Shown: positions 16,010 to 25,738, counted from the stretch's first letter. The stretch: 32,438 nucleotides of DNA from a virus (IMGVR_UViG_3300030376_000956:1-32438), one strand, 5' to 3'. A program made the numbers and translations. Notes: generated by a model not told the origin, from the letters alone.

Positions 16010-17910
16010 AAAATAGAAAAAGAAATAATTTAGGACAATTTACAAAAAGTGCAAAATCAGAAATTAGTTTTGTTGATTTAAGCAGCTACACTACTCCAGA
16101 AATAAAAGAAGAAGCCAATAGAGACTGGGTTTCATTTGGAGAAGATAACAACTACTTTCAATTTCTTATTGATCGTTATAATGGTAGTCCTACCAACAAT
16201 GCTGCTATCAATGGCATAGCTCAACAAATTTATGGAAAAGGTTTAAATGCTACTAATGCAAATAAAAAGCCTCAAGAGTACGCTAAGATGATGTCTATGT
16301 TTAAAAAAGAGACTGTTAGAAAGCTCTGTTATGATCTTAAACTATTTGGTCAATGTGCTATGCAGGTTATTTATTCAAAAGACAGAAAGTCTATAGCAAA
16401 AGTAGAGCATTTTCCAGTAGAAACTTTAAGAGCTGAAAAATGTAACGAAAAAGGAGAGATAGAAGCATACTATTATTTTAAAGACTGGGCAGAAATTAAG
16501 CCTAACGAACAACCTAAAAGAATAGCAGCTTATGGATATAGTAAAGACCCTATAGAAATATACATTGTTAGACCTTACAAAGCAGGTTTATATTATTATT
16601 GTACTCCAGACTATAATGGATGTATTCAATACTGTGAACTTGAGGAGGAGATAAGTAATTACCATATTAACAATATACAGCAAGGTCTTAGTCCAACAAT
16701 GTTAATCTCGATGCACAATGGAGTACCTAATCAAGAAGAAAGAAGATTATTAGAAAGTAAAATTGCTCAAAAGTTTAGTGGATCAAGTAATGCAGGTAAA
16801 TTTATTCTTAGTTTTTCAGATTCAAAAGAACAAGAGCCATCACTTACTCCAGTTCAATTATCAGATGCACACCAACAGTATCAATTTTTAAGTGATGAGA
16901 GTAGTAAAAAAATAATGATAGGACACAGAATAGTTAGTCCTTTCCTTTTAGGTATTAGAGATGCAGGAGGCTTTGGATCAAATGCAGATGAAATTAAAAC
17001 AGCTTCTTTGCTTATGGATAACACTACTATTAGACCATTTCAGGAGCTTTTAATAGACTGTTTTGATACTTTACTAGCTTTTAATGGTATAGCACTAAAT
17101 CTTTATTTTGTTACCTTACAGCCTCTTGAATTTACTGAAGTAGATACTGACCTACAAGACAAAGAAGATATAGAAGAAGAAACTGGAATCCAGATGAGTA
17201 AAGATGTTCCAGAATTAGATAACCAAATGGGGTCAGACCTAGCTGATGAATTAAATAAACTAGGAGAAGATGAGGAGGAACTTTTAAAAAACTATGAAGT
17301 AGTAGATGATAGAGAGGTAAATTATGAATTTGATGATGAATTAGATGAGGTAATACAAGAGCTAAACACAGAAAAAAAATCGTTATTATCTAGGTTCTAT
17401 GAATTTGTAAGCACAGGATCGGCTAAACCTCATAAAAAAAGCGACCAAGATGGAACTTCTAAACAATCAGTTGCTAAACTTCAAAAGTTTTTAGTTAGAT
17501 ATTATTATAATCCTCCAAAAGTAACCACTAAAAAAGGTAAAAATGTAAGTAGAGAGTTTTGTAAGAAAATGGTAAGTGCAAAAAAAGTATATAGAAAAGA
17601 AGATATATTGTCTTTAACAACCAAAGTGGTAAATGCAGGTTTTGGAAAAGGAGGATCAAATACTTACTCAATTTGGTTATACAAAGGAGGAGCTAGATGT
17701 TACCACAGGTGGTATAGAAAAACATATCTAAAAAAATGGACTAATAAAGGTATGGGAAAAGAAATAACTTCAGGAGAAGCAAAAAGTTTAGGATTTAAGT
17801 TTCCTAGAAATGCACAAAAAGTTCCTGTAGCACCTAAAGATATGAGATATAAAGGTTACACAAAAGCCTATTGGGATAAAATGGGGTTTGGAAAAAAGAA
17901 AAATAAATAA
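16006..17910 (+). CDS. Portal protein with C-terminal extension
   Basis: SPTNNAAI...IYGKG, DLKLFGQC, GSSNAGK, GHRIVSPFLLG, IRPFQ portal-type motifs; about 235 extra C-terminal residues. Confidence 0.85.
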   Translation: MKNRKRNNLGQFTKSAKSEISFVDLSSYTTPEIKEEANRDWVSFGEDNNYFQFLIDRYNGSPTNNAAINGIAQQIYGKGLNATNANKKPQEYAKMMSMFKKETVRKLCYDLKLFGQCAMQVIYSKDRKSIAKVEHFPVETLRAEKCNEKGEIEAYYYFKDWAEIKPNEQPKRIAAYGYSKDPIEIYIVRPYKAGLYYYCTPDYNGCIQYCELEEEISNYHINNIQQGLSPTMLISMHNGVPNQEERRLLESKIAQKFSGSSNAGKFILSFSDSKEQEPSLTPVQLSDAHQQYQFLSDESSKKIMIGHRIVSPFLLGIRDAGGFGSNADEIKTASLLMDNTTIRPFQELLIDCFDTLLAFNGIALNLYFVTLQPLEFTEVDTDLQDKEDIEEETGIQMSKDVPELDNQMGSDLADELNKLGEDEEELLKNYEVVDDREVNYEFDDELDEVIQELNTEKKSLLSRFYEFVSTGSAKPHKKSDQDGTSKQSVAKLQKFLVRYYYNPPKVTTKKGKNVSREFCKKMVSAKKVYRKEDILSLTTKVVNAGFGKGGSNTYSIWLYKGGARCYHRWYRKTYLKKWTNKGMGKEITSGEAKSLGFKFPRNAQKVPVAPKDMRYKGYTKAYWDKMGFGKKKNK

Positions 17911-17913
17911 AAT

Positions 17914-18426
17914 ATGGCAACAGCGTTATTTATAAATAGAACAGACTTAGTAAGAAATTCAATTTTGGATGGAAACATTGATACAGATAAATTTATACAA
18001 TTTATTAAACTGGCTCAAGAAATACATATACAAAATTATCTAGGAACTGAGTTATATAATGAGATAGGAGGAATGATTAGTGATGGTAGTATAGATGACA
18101 ATGCTAATGCTAAATTTAAAACATTGCTTAACGACTATATAGCCCCCTTACTAATCTGGTTCGCCCAAGTGGATTATATTCCTTTTGCAGCCTATCAGAT
18201 CAGAAATGGAGGAGTATTTAAACACTCTACTGAGACAAGTGAGACAGTCTCAAAAAATGAAGTAGATTATTTAGTAGAAAAGGCTAGAACAAACGCTGAA
18301 TGGTATGCAAGGAGATTTATTTCTTATATGGATTTTAACCAAAGTGATTTTCCTAAATATACTAGCAACAGTAATGATGATATATTTCCATCAAACGATG
18401 CAACCTTTAATGGATGGGTATTATGA
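17914..18426 (+). CDS. Putative head-tail adaptor
   Basis: 170 aa, helical, AQEIHIQNYLGTELY motif; follows the portal gene. Confidence 0.6.
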   Translation: MATALFINRTDLVRNSILDGNIDTDKFIQFIKLAQEIHIQNYLGTELYNEIGGMISDGSIDDNANAKFKTLLNDYIAPLLIWFAQVDYIPFAAYQIRNGGVFKHSTETSETVSKNEVDYLVEKARTNAEWYARRFISYMDFNQSDFPKYTSNSNDDIFPSNDATFNGWVL

Positions 18427-18521
18427 GATATAAACCAAAAAAAAATAACATAGAAAAACTAAAAACTTTTTTAAAAATTAAAAAGAATAAACAAAAGATA
18501 AATTATGGCAAGTCTATATAA
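18423..18521 (+). CDS. Small basic protein (32 aa)
   Basis: MRYKPKKNNIEKLKTFLKIKKNKQKINYGKSI*; ATGA coupling. Confidence 0.5.
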   Translation: MRYKPKKNNIEKLKTFLKIKKNKQKINYGKSI

Positions 18522-21500
18522 CAATAAAATCAGTACAACTTATGTCGGTCTTATAAAGACTATTGACAATGCAGTTATTTCAGCTTCATTAAGAGAGCTT
18601 ACTGATGGCTCTGGAAATGCAACAGGTTTGCACTTGAATAATGCAGGAGATTTTAAAGTAACTTCTATTTTAGAATTTGGATCATTAAAAGATACTGGAG
18701 AAAATATAACAATCACAAAGTTTGTAGATGAAGCCGATGGTATTGCCTCAAATGATAACGATACTTCTATTCCAACAAGTGCAGCAGTAGTTGATTATGT
18801 AGCCTCCAGAATAACTTTAGAGGACTTAGATTTTAGTGGAGATTCAGGAACAGGATCAGTAGATTTAGATAGCCAAGTATTTGCAATAGTAGGAACAGCA
18901 AACGAAATAGAAACATCAGGAGGTAGCCAACAACTTCAAATAGGTTTGCCAGACAATGTTATAATAACAGGTAATTTACAAGTTAATGGTCTTTTAAAAG
19001 GCAACAATAACATAGTAATTAAAGATACATCAGATAGAACAATGGCTGCTTTTTATGGTGGTGGTAAAACTGAATTGTATTTTAATGATAGTAAGAAATT
19101 TGAAACAACAGGAGATGGTGCAACAGTTACAGGGGGACTAACAGCAACAGGTGGTTCAGTATTTACAAGTGCTACATTTAGTAGTGATGTAGATTGGGCA
19201 GATAGTGCTAAAGCAAGATTTGGAAATGCAAATGACTTAAATATTTATCACGATTCAAATAATAGTATTATATCAAATGGAACAGGAGATTTATATATAC
19301 AAAATACTGCTGATGACAAAGATATAATATTCAGGTCTGATGATGGCTCAGGGGGTTATGGAAGTTATATAACTTTAGATGGTAGTGCAACTACAACAGT
19401 ATTTAGCAAAAATACAAGACACGATAATTCAGTTTTATTACAAGTTGGAAGTGCAAATGATGCAGCATTTTATCATAATGGAACAGACACTTTGTTGACT
19501 AATGAAACAGGTGATTTAAAAATTAGACAATTTGCAGATAACAAAGATATAATCTTTGATTGTGATGATGGAAGTGGTGGAGTTACTGCTTATTTAACCT
19601 TAGATGGTAGTCAAGTCAATATGAATTCACAAGTTGATTTCAGAATATATGACAACAAAAAATTACAATTAGGTAATGGTGCAGATTTGGAAATATATCA
19701 CGATGGCAGTAACTCATATATAACAAATACAGGAACAGGCAATTTATATATTCAGGACACAAATGGAAATGTATCAATACAAGCAAAAACTGGTAAAAAT
19801 AGTATTTATGCTCAAGCAGATGGCTCAGTAGATTTGTATTATGATGATGGTAAAAAATTTGAAACTAGAAGTGGTGGTGTTACAGTAACTGGAACAGTAA
19901 TATCCGATGGTTTAGATTTAGGAGATAGCGAAAAAATTAGATTAGGAGATTCACAGGATTTAGAAATTTATCACGATTCCTTTTCAGATTCTTATATTAA
20001 AGATACAGGAACAGGGTCATTAATATTAACAACAAAAAGCTTTAGATTATATAACGCAGCACAAAATGAATTAATGATAGCAGCAACAGAAGATGGTGCT
20101 GTTGACTTGTATTACGATAATACAAAGAAATTTGAAACTACTTCGGCAGGAGCAACTATAACAGGTGTTTTAAGCACAAATAGTGGTAGTGGAACAGCTT
20201 CTTTGGGAAGCCATTTAGACTTAGGAGATAATCAGAAAGCAAGATTTGGGGCTTCTGATGACCTACAAATATATCACGATGGCTCACATAGTTATATTAA
20301 AGCAGATAATACTGGAGATTTATATATACAAAGTTTTAGTGATGATTTAGTATTACAGGGTGCTGATGATGTATTTATTTACACGCAAGGGGGAGAAGAT
20401 GCTATTATAGCAAGAGGAGATGGTGGAGTACAACTATTTTATAATACAGTTAAGAAACTAGAAACAAAAAATGGTGGTGTAGATGTTTTAGGAACTTTAG
20501 ATGCAACAGGAAATATATCAGTTTCAAATGCTTCTCCAACTTTAACTTTAACAGATACAGATAATTCAAATGATATAACTTTTAATTCAGTTGGTGGTGC
20601 TTTAGTTTTAAATTCTACATCTGACCAAGTTTTTCAAATTGGTGGCGTAGAAAAATTTAGAGTAGGAAGTACAACTGCTACACTTGCAGGAAGTTTAACA
20701 ATAGCACAAGATTTAACAGTCAATGGTACAACTACAACTGTAAATACAGAAACACTTGCAGTTGAAGACCCTTTAATCTCAATGGCTAAAGATAATTCAG
20801 CTAATTCAGTTGATATTGGTTTTTATGGTAGGTATAATGATGGCTCAAATAGATATTTAGGTTTATTTTCTGATGCTTCAGATTCTAATAAATTTACTTT
20901 ATTTAAAGGTACAACAACAGAGCCAACAACAACAGTAGATACAACTGCAACAGGATATGCAAGAGCTGATTTAAATGTAGCAAATCTTAATGCAAATTCT
21001 ACAATAGGAACTGCAAAAATTATAATGCAAAGTGATGGTACTCTTGATTGGGGTGGTGCTGCTGATTATGGTAATCTAACTTGGGATACAGGTTATGCTA
21101 TAATAGCAGGTATGAGTGGTAAGGGTTTATTATTTAAAACAAATTCTAATCAAACTGCTTTAACCTTAGACACGAGTCAGGATGCTTTATTTGCAGGAAA
21201 TGTAAGTTTAGGAGATGCTAAAGAATTAATATTTGGAGCTGCTACAGATTTTAAAATTTACCATAATAACACAACAAATGTAAATCATATATCATCATTA
21301 ATAGATAGACAATTATCTATAAATGCCAATATCATTAATCTTACTAATCAAGCAAATGATTCTACTTATTTACAAATAAATAGTACAGATGCAGCTTTTG
21401 GTGGAAATGTAAGTTTAGCAGATAGTAAAGTATTAAAATTAGGCACAAGTGCTGATTTACAATTATTCCACGAATCTGATAATTCTTTTATATCTAATAA

Positions 21501-23688
21501 TATAGGAGATTTAACTATAAGAAATTTAGCAGATGATAAAAATATTATGTTTCAATGTGATGATGGTTCTGGTGGTATTACTGATTATTTAAGCATAAAT
21601 GGTGCAGTTGGTTTTATGATTGCATATAAACTTTTAAACTTTCAAGATAATGTTCACGCTACATTTGGTAATAGTTCAGATTTAAGTATTTATCACGATG
21701 GTAACGATAGTTACATCACAGATACAGGAACAGGTCTTTTATTTATAAGGGGAAGTAGTGCTATAAGGCTACAAGGTGCTAATGGAGAAAGCTCTATTGA
21801 TGCCAATGAGGATGGTGCTGTAAATCTTTACTACGATAATGTTAAGAAATTTGAAACAACAAGTGCAGGAGCAACAATAACCTCTCAATTAAAATTAGCA
21901 AATGGCACGACATACGCTGAAGCAACTGATTATTTATATATTGGTGGTAGTGGTTTAGATGGTGCTGATGCAAGTATATATTTAGGGCATAAAGGAGATG
22001 GAAGTGGTTATGGTTGGAGATTTAAATATTTAGGTTCAGGTTCAGGAAATGACAATAGCTTAAAAATTGTATCAGAAAATGCAGGTAGTCCTGTTGATGC
22101 TTTACTTTTTACACAAGATGGTAATGCAACTTTTGCAGGTACAGTTGAAACTACAACTTTAAAAACTGATACCATAAATAATAAAGCAAATTCAGCAAAT
22201 ATTATTTATAGAAGTGGAACTGATACTATTATAGGTGGTGGGTCAACTCCTGATAAAATTTATGTTCTAGATAGTGGTTATGTTTCTATTGGAAGTGCAA
22301 CAGCTAATAAACTTTTTAATTTAACTGACCCAGATCAGGGGGGAGAAGAACTAAAACTTCATTTTGAAGCTAATAGTGCAGCCGACAAATGGGGTATTTA
22401 TGCTTTTGACAGAACTAATAGTCATTATGCGAATATGTCTTTAGGAGAAAATGCTCTATGGATTGGAGATAATAAAAAAATTGGAATTTCAACTACTAGC
22501 CCTGCTACACCTTTAGAAGTTGCAGGAGCTATAACTCTTAATGGGAATGCAGCAGGTGGAACAGCAACTTATTTTACTTGGCAAAATAATTCATCAACTT
22601 TTGCTTATAGTGGTAGTCACGCAGCTATATTAGGTGGAGGAGGTGCAAATGATTTTTCGCCTGGATGGTGTACTGGTGCAAATGATTTAGTTTTTGGTAC
22701 AAGTAATACAGAAAAAATGCGTATTACAAGTGCAGGAAGTGTAGGAATAGGTGGAACTGCATATAATAAACTTGAAGTTGCTGATACAGGAGTAGGAACA
22801 GGAAGTACATATTTGAAAGTAGCTAGAGGTGCAGATGCAACTACAGTTAGTAGAATAGCAGGTATCAAATTAGGAAATACAGCTTCAAATGATGGAAGTA
22901 ATTGGATTGTTCAAGCTAATTCTAGTGCAGGATATTTTGACAATGCTACTTTAGAATTTGACCATAATGCAGCAGGAACAGCGACTACTAGATTTGCTAT
23001 TGGAAGCACAGGTTATGTGGGTATTGGTAGAACTACATCTTCATATAAATTAAGTTTAGTAACTGATTCTACAGTATCAAATGGAGTTTATATAAGTGGA
23101 GGAACAGGAAATGGTAATCACGCTTTTTATGTTGAAAATCAAGATGGTAGTGCTGAACATTTTGCAGTTAGAGGAGATGGTCAAATAAGATTAAATGCAA
23201 GTAGGGCAGGAAATATTTTATTTGGAACAACTTCATTATCAAACATAACAGGTGCAAGTCCTGTTGGCTCTGGTTTTGGAATGGAATCAAACAATAGAGT
23301 TACTTTATTTCAGGGTACTACATCAACTGCTGCTATGACTTTACAAGCATTTTATAATCCAAATGGTCAAGTTGGAAGAATTGCTACAGATGGCTCAGCT
23401 ACAGGTTACTTTACATCTTCAGATTATAGATTAAAAGAAGATTTAAAAGATTTTAATGGGCTTGACAAAGTTTCTAAAATACCTGTATATGACTTTAAAT
23501 GGAAATCAGAAGATAAAAGAAGTTATGGTGTTATGGCTCACGAACTTGAAGAAGTTTTACCTCAAGCAGTTAGTGGAGAAAAAGATGCAGAAGAAATGCA
23601 GTCAGTTGATTATTCAAAAATCGTTCCTTTATTAGTTAAATCAATACAAGAATTGAAAGCTGAAATTGAAGAACTTAAAAAGAAATAG
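18505..23688 (+). CDS. Long tail fibre with C-terminal intramolecular chaperone (Peptidase S74-like)
   Basis: 1727 aa, Gly/Thr/Asp-rich; repeated GxxxDLxIYHD modules; C-terminal SDYRLKED...GVMAHE...VDYSKIVPLLVKSIQEL. Confidence 0.92.
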   Translation: MASLYNNKISTTYVGLIKTIDNAVISASLRELTDGSGNATGLHLNNAGDFKVTSILEFGSLKDTGENITITKFVDEADGIASNDNDTSIPTSAAVVDYVASRITLEDLDFSGDSGTGSVDLDSQVFAIVGTANEIETSGGSQQLQIGLPDNVIITGNLQVNGLLKGNNNIVIKDTSDRTMAAFYGGGKTELYFNDSKKFETTGDGATVTGGLTATGGSVFTSATFSSDVDWADSAKARFGNANDLNIYHDSNNSIISNGTGDLYIQNTADDKDIIFRSDDGSGGYGSYITLDGSATTTVFSKNTRHDNSVLLQVGSANDAAFYHNGTDTLLTNETGDLKIRQFADNKDIIFDCDDGSGGVTAYLTLDGSQVNMNSQVDFRIYDNKKLQLGNGADLEIYHDGSNSYITNTGTGNLYIQDTNGNVSIQAKTGKNSIYAQADGSVDLYYDDGKKFETRSGGVTVTGTVISDGLDLGDSEKIRLGDSQDLEIYHDSFSDSYIKDTGTGSLILTTKSFRLYNAAQNELMIAATEDGAVDLYYDNTKKFETTSAGATITGVLSTNSGSGTASLGSHLDLGDNQKARFGASDDLQIYHDGSHSYIKADNTGDLYIQSFSDDLVLQGADDVFIYTQGGEDAIIARGDGGVQLFYNTVKKLETKNGGVDVLGTLDATGNISVSNASPTLTLTDTDNSNDITFNSVGGALVLNSTSDQVFQIGGVEKFRVGSTTATLAGSLTIAQDLTVNGTTTTVNTETLAVEDPLISMAKDNSANSVDIGFYGRYNDGSNRYLGLFSDASDSNKFTLFKGTTTEPTTTVDTTATGYARADLNVANLNANSTIGTAKIIMQSDGTLDWGGAADYGNLTWDTGYAIIAGMSGKGLLFKTNSNQTALTLDTSQDALFAGNVSLGDAKELIFGAATDFKIYHNNTTNVNHISSLIDRQLSINANIINLTNQANDSTYLQINSTDAAFGGNVSLADSKVLKLGTSADLQLFHESDNSFISNNIGDLTIRNLADDKNIMFQCDDGSGGITDYLSINGAVGFMIAYKLLNFQDNVHATFGNSSDLSIYHDGNDSYITDTGTGLLFIRGSSAIRLQGANGESSIDANEDGAVNLYYDNVKKFETTSAGATITSQLKLANGTTYAEATDYLYIGGSGLDGADASIYLGHKGDGSGYGWRFKYLGSGSGNDNSLKIVSENAGSPVDALLFTQDGNATFAGTVETTTLKTDTINNKANSANIIYRSGTDTIIGGGSTPDKIYVLDSGYVSIGSATANKLFNLTDPDQGGEELKLHFEANSAADKWGIYAFDRTNSHYANMSLGENALWIGDNKKIGISTTSPATPLEVAGAITLNGNAAGGTATYFTWQNNSSTFAYSGSHAAILGGGGANDFSPGWCTGANDLVFGTSNTEKMRITSAGSVGIGGTAYNKLEVADTGVGTGSTYLKVARGADATTVSRIAGIKLGNTASNDGSNWIVQANSSAGYFDNATLEFDHNAAGTATTRFAIGSTGYVGIGRTTSSYKLSLVTDSTVSNGVYISGGTGNGNHAFYVENQDGSAEHFAVRGDGQIRLNASRAGNILFGTTSLSNITGASPVGSGFGMESNNRVTLFQGTTSTAAMTLQAFYNPNGQVGRIATDGSATGYFTSSDYRLKEDLKDFNGLDKVSKIPVYDFKWKSEDKRSYGVMAHELEEVLPQAVSGEKDAEEMQSVDYSKIVPLLVKSIQELKAEIEELKKK

Positions 23689-23696
23689 TATATTTG
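23665..23696 (+). promoter_or_regulatory. Possible Bacteroidota housekeeping-sigma promoter upstream of lysis genes
   Basis: ATTG, 20-nt spacer, TATATTTG (23689-23696). Confidence 0.55.
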
Positions 23697-23721
23697 TAAT
23701 TATTAATTAAATTTTAAAAAA

Positions 23722-23967
23722 ATGAGTAAAATTTCAAAAGATGAGTTAAAGGCAATCCAAGAACAAGAACAAAAGAAAGGTGCAATACTGCACGACTTGG
23801 GATTATTAGAAACTCAAAAACACTCTTTAAATCATTTGTATAGTCAAGTTGTTAAAGAACAAGAAGATACAAAAAAAGAGCTTGAGGAAAAATATGGAAA
23901 AGTAAACATAGATTTAAAAGATGGAAGTTACGAAGAAATCAAAGAAGAAGCAGGAGAAGATAAGTAG
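23722..23967 (+). CDS. Hypothetical coiled-coil protein
   Basis: 81 aa, LEEKYGKVNIDLKDG; follows the tail fibre gene. Confidence 0.75.
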   Translation: MSKISKDELKAIQEQEQKKGAILHDLGLLETQKHSLNHLYSQVVKEQEDTKKELEEKYGKVNIDLKDGSYEEIKEEAGEDK

Positions 23968-24424
23968 TAATATTTCTTATAAGGAAGCTACATTTTCTCA
24001 GACTGCTAATAGGCTCAAAATTAAGAATGTGCCAACAGAAGCACACTTAAAGAATATGAGATTAGTTGCTGAGAAAGTGTTTCAACCTTTGAGGGAATGG
24101 TGCGAACATCCTATTCGTATTAATAGTATGTATAGATGTGCTGAACTTTGTGAATCAATAGGGTCAAGTGCCTCTAGCCAACACACTAAAGGACAAGCAA
24201 TAGATATGACTTCTTTAGGAGATAAATCTAATAGAGAGTTGTTTGAATGGATCAAAGAAAATTTAGACTTTGACCAGATGATATGGGAGCTAGGTGGAGA
24301 CCCTGCTAAAGAGGGTACAAGTCCTAGATGGATTCATATTTCTTATGTAAGTAAAAAAGCAAATAGAAACAGAATATTAAGAGCTAAAGCAAAAGGTAGT
24401 CAAATCACTTATTATGTAATGTAA
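23921..24424 (+). CDS. Endolysin, peptidase M15A family
   Basis: INSMYRC, SQHTKGQAID (SxHxxGxAxD) and WIHIS zinc motifs. Confidence 0.9.
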   Translation: MEVTKKSKKKQEKISSNISYKEATFSQTANRLKIKNVPTEAHLKNMRLVAEKVFQPLREWCEHPIRINSMYRCAELCESIGSSASSQHTKGQAIDMTSLGDKSNRELFEWIKENLDFDQMIWELGGDPAKEGTSPRWIHISYVSKKANRNRILRAKAKGSQITYYVM

Positions 24425-24573
24425 TGAGGTATGAAGTTGCTATAATTGATAGATCAGCTTCAGGCATAACTCTTTTAGGAGGAGTATCTATACATCCTAA
24501 AGATGATGAAAATGATTTTTTAGAAATAAATTTTTATTTTCTATTTTTTGTTTTACATATTAAATTATATTAA
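24424..24573 (+). CDS. Small protein with hydrophobic C-terminus (49 aa)
   Basis: MRYEVAIIDRSASGITLLGGVSIHPKDDENDFLEINFYFLFFVLHIKLY*; TAATG coupling. Confidence 0.6.
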   Translation: MRYEVAIIDRSASGITLLGGVSIHPKDDENDFLEINFYFLFFVLHIKLY

Positions 24574-24574
24574 A

Positions 24575-24709
24575 ATGCCTATACCTAAACCAAAATCAAA
24601 AGAAAGCCAAAAGGAATTTATGGCTAGATGTGTTCCTGTACTTAGTAATTATCATAAAAAGGATCAAGCAATAGCTATGTGCTATAAATCTTATAAGGAA
24701 AACAAATGA
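24575..24709 (+). CDS. Small two-Cys protein (44 aa)
   Basis: MPIPKPKSKESQKEFMARCVPVLSNYHKKDQAIAMCYKSYKENK*; ATGA-coupled to the holin gene. Confidence 0.7.
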   Translation: MPIPKPKSKESQKEFMARCVPVLSNYHKKDQAIAMCYKSYKENK

Positions 24710-25161
24710 GTAAAAAACCCTTTAAACAAACTACAGTAGGAAAACTTTTATTAGGAGCTGCGAGTGTTATTAATCCTACCCTAGCTAATGTGCTACAGGG
24801 CGTTACAAGTCCACAGGAGGCACTATCAGAGATAACTAAGGCAGATGTATCACAAGAGGATAAAATCAAGCTACAGCAACTTATATACGAACAGCAAAAC
24901 AAAGAAATAGAAGAAATAAGCGAAAGATGGAAAGCAGATAGTATGTCTGATTCTTGGTTAAGTAAGAATGTAAGACCTTTAGTATTAGTTTGGTGTATAT
25001 GTATTTTTTCTTTAGCAGGTATTTTAGATAGTGTTGAAAATATACCATTTCAAATCAATAGTCTTTGGAATGATACATTTGAAAAAGTTATGATGGCAGT
25101 AGTATTGGCTTATTTTGGAGGCAGGACAACAGAAAAAGCTACAAGTTTATTTAAAAAATAA
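24706..25161 (+). CDS. Holin, GTA 3TM-like family
   Basis: RWKADSMSDSWLSKNVRP, two C-terminal hydrophobic helices, YFGGRTTEK. Confidence 0.85.
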   Translation: MSKKPFKQTTVGKLLLGAASVINPTLANVLQGVTSPQEALSEITKADVSQEDKIKLQQLIYEQQNKEIEEISERWKADSMSDSWLSKNVRPLVLVWCICIFSLAGILDSVENIPFQINSLWNDTFEKVMMAVVLAYFGGRTTEKATSLFKK

Positions 25162-25289
25162 TGGCTAGAGGAATTAATATAGCTATTTATAGAAAACCTA
25201 AAAAGAAATCACACCCTCATAGTAAAAATTTATCTAGGTTAAAATCTAGTAAACAATACAAAAAAAAGTATAGAGGTCAAGGGCGTTAA
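25161..25289 (+). CDS. Small very basic protein ending KKYRGQGR (42 aa)
   Basis: MARGINIAIYRKPKKKSHPHSKNLSRLKSSKQYKKKYRGQGR*; TAATG coupling. Confidence 0.75.
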   Translation: MARGINIAIYRKPKKKSHPHSKNLSRLKSSKQYKKKYRGQGR

Positions 25290-25300
25290 TATTTTTTTTA

Positions 25301-25453
25301 TATATTTGTCAAGCTGTCGCAAATCAGTTTAAGTTGCCAAACTTTAGGTAATCACTCCTATTGGATCGTGTAAAATAATTAAGTTCTTTTTCTTGGGGGA
25401 GGGATTTTTCTTTCTTTTTTCTTTTTGTTGTTTTTCTTTTTTCTTTCTTTGTT
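25301..25453 (+). other. Non-coding control region: -7 box, tandem hairpins, G-run and A-free T tract (candidate ncRNA or replication origin)
   Basis: TATATTTG at 25301, three adjacent hairpins 25311-25370, GGGGGAGGG at 25395-25403, no A from 25405 to 25453. Confidence 0.5.
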
Positions 25454-25456
25454 ATT

Positions 25457-25486
25457 AAAATTATTGTTAATATTTCGTTATATTTG
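25457..25486 (+). promoter_or_regulatory. Overlapping phage-type (TCGTTATA) and host-type (TATATTTG) promoter boxes
   Basis: AAAATT-N12-TCGTTATA (25475-25482) overlaps TATATTTG (25479-25486). Confidence 0.65.
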
Positions 25487-25495
25487 TAAACAACT

Positions 25496-25738
25496 ATGAG
25501 TTTTAATACAGACATAATAGACAAAATTGTAAGTTATAAAACAGTATCTAAAAGAGAAAAGATAAATAGATTACTAGAATTAGAATCTAATTATTTAGCT
25601 AATAATATTAGTTGTGATCTTACAAAGACAGAAAAAAACATTATTAGAAAAAATAGTAGATACATTTATAGAGCTATATCTAAAATCAATTCAGAGGTAG
25701 GTAATAAGTTCTTACAATTCCAAGATAAAGATGCCTAA
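25496..25738 (+). CDS. Hypothetical protein
   Basis: 80-aa ORF overlapping the ninG start. Confidence 0.75.
   Translation: MSFNTDIIDKIVSYKTVSKREKINRLLELESNYLANNISCDLTKTEKNIIRKNSRYIYRAISKINSEVGNKFLQFQDKDA

Noticed and set aside
16173-16180. TCGTTATA inside the portal gene
   Set aside because: It lacks the upstream AAA element at the conserved spacing and has no adjacent in-frame start; probably coding coincidence
18505-23688. Diversity-generating retroelement or invertible tail-fibre cassette
   Set aside because: No reverse transcriptase or invertase, and no template/variable repeat pair differing at adenines
25324-25524. Lys-rich 66-aa minus-strand ORF
   Set aside because: It is only the translation of the low-complexity T tract
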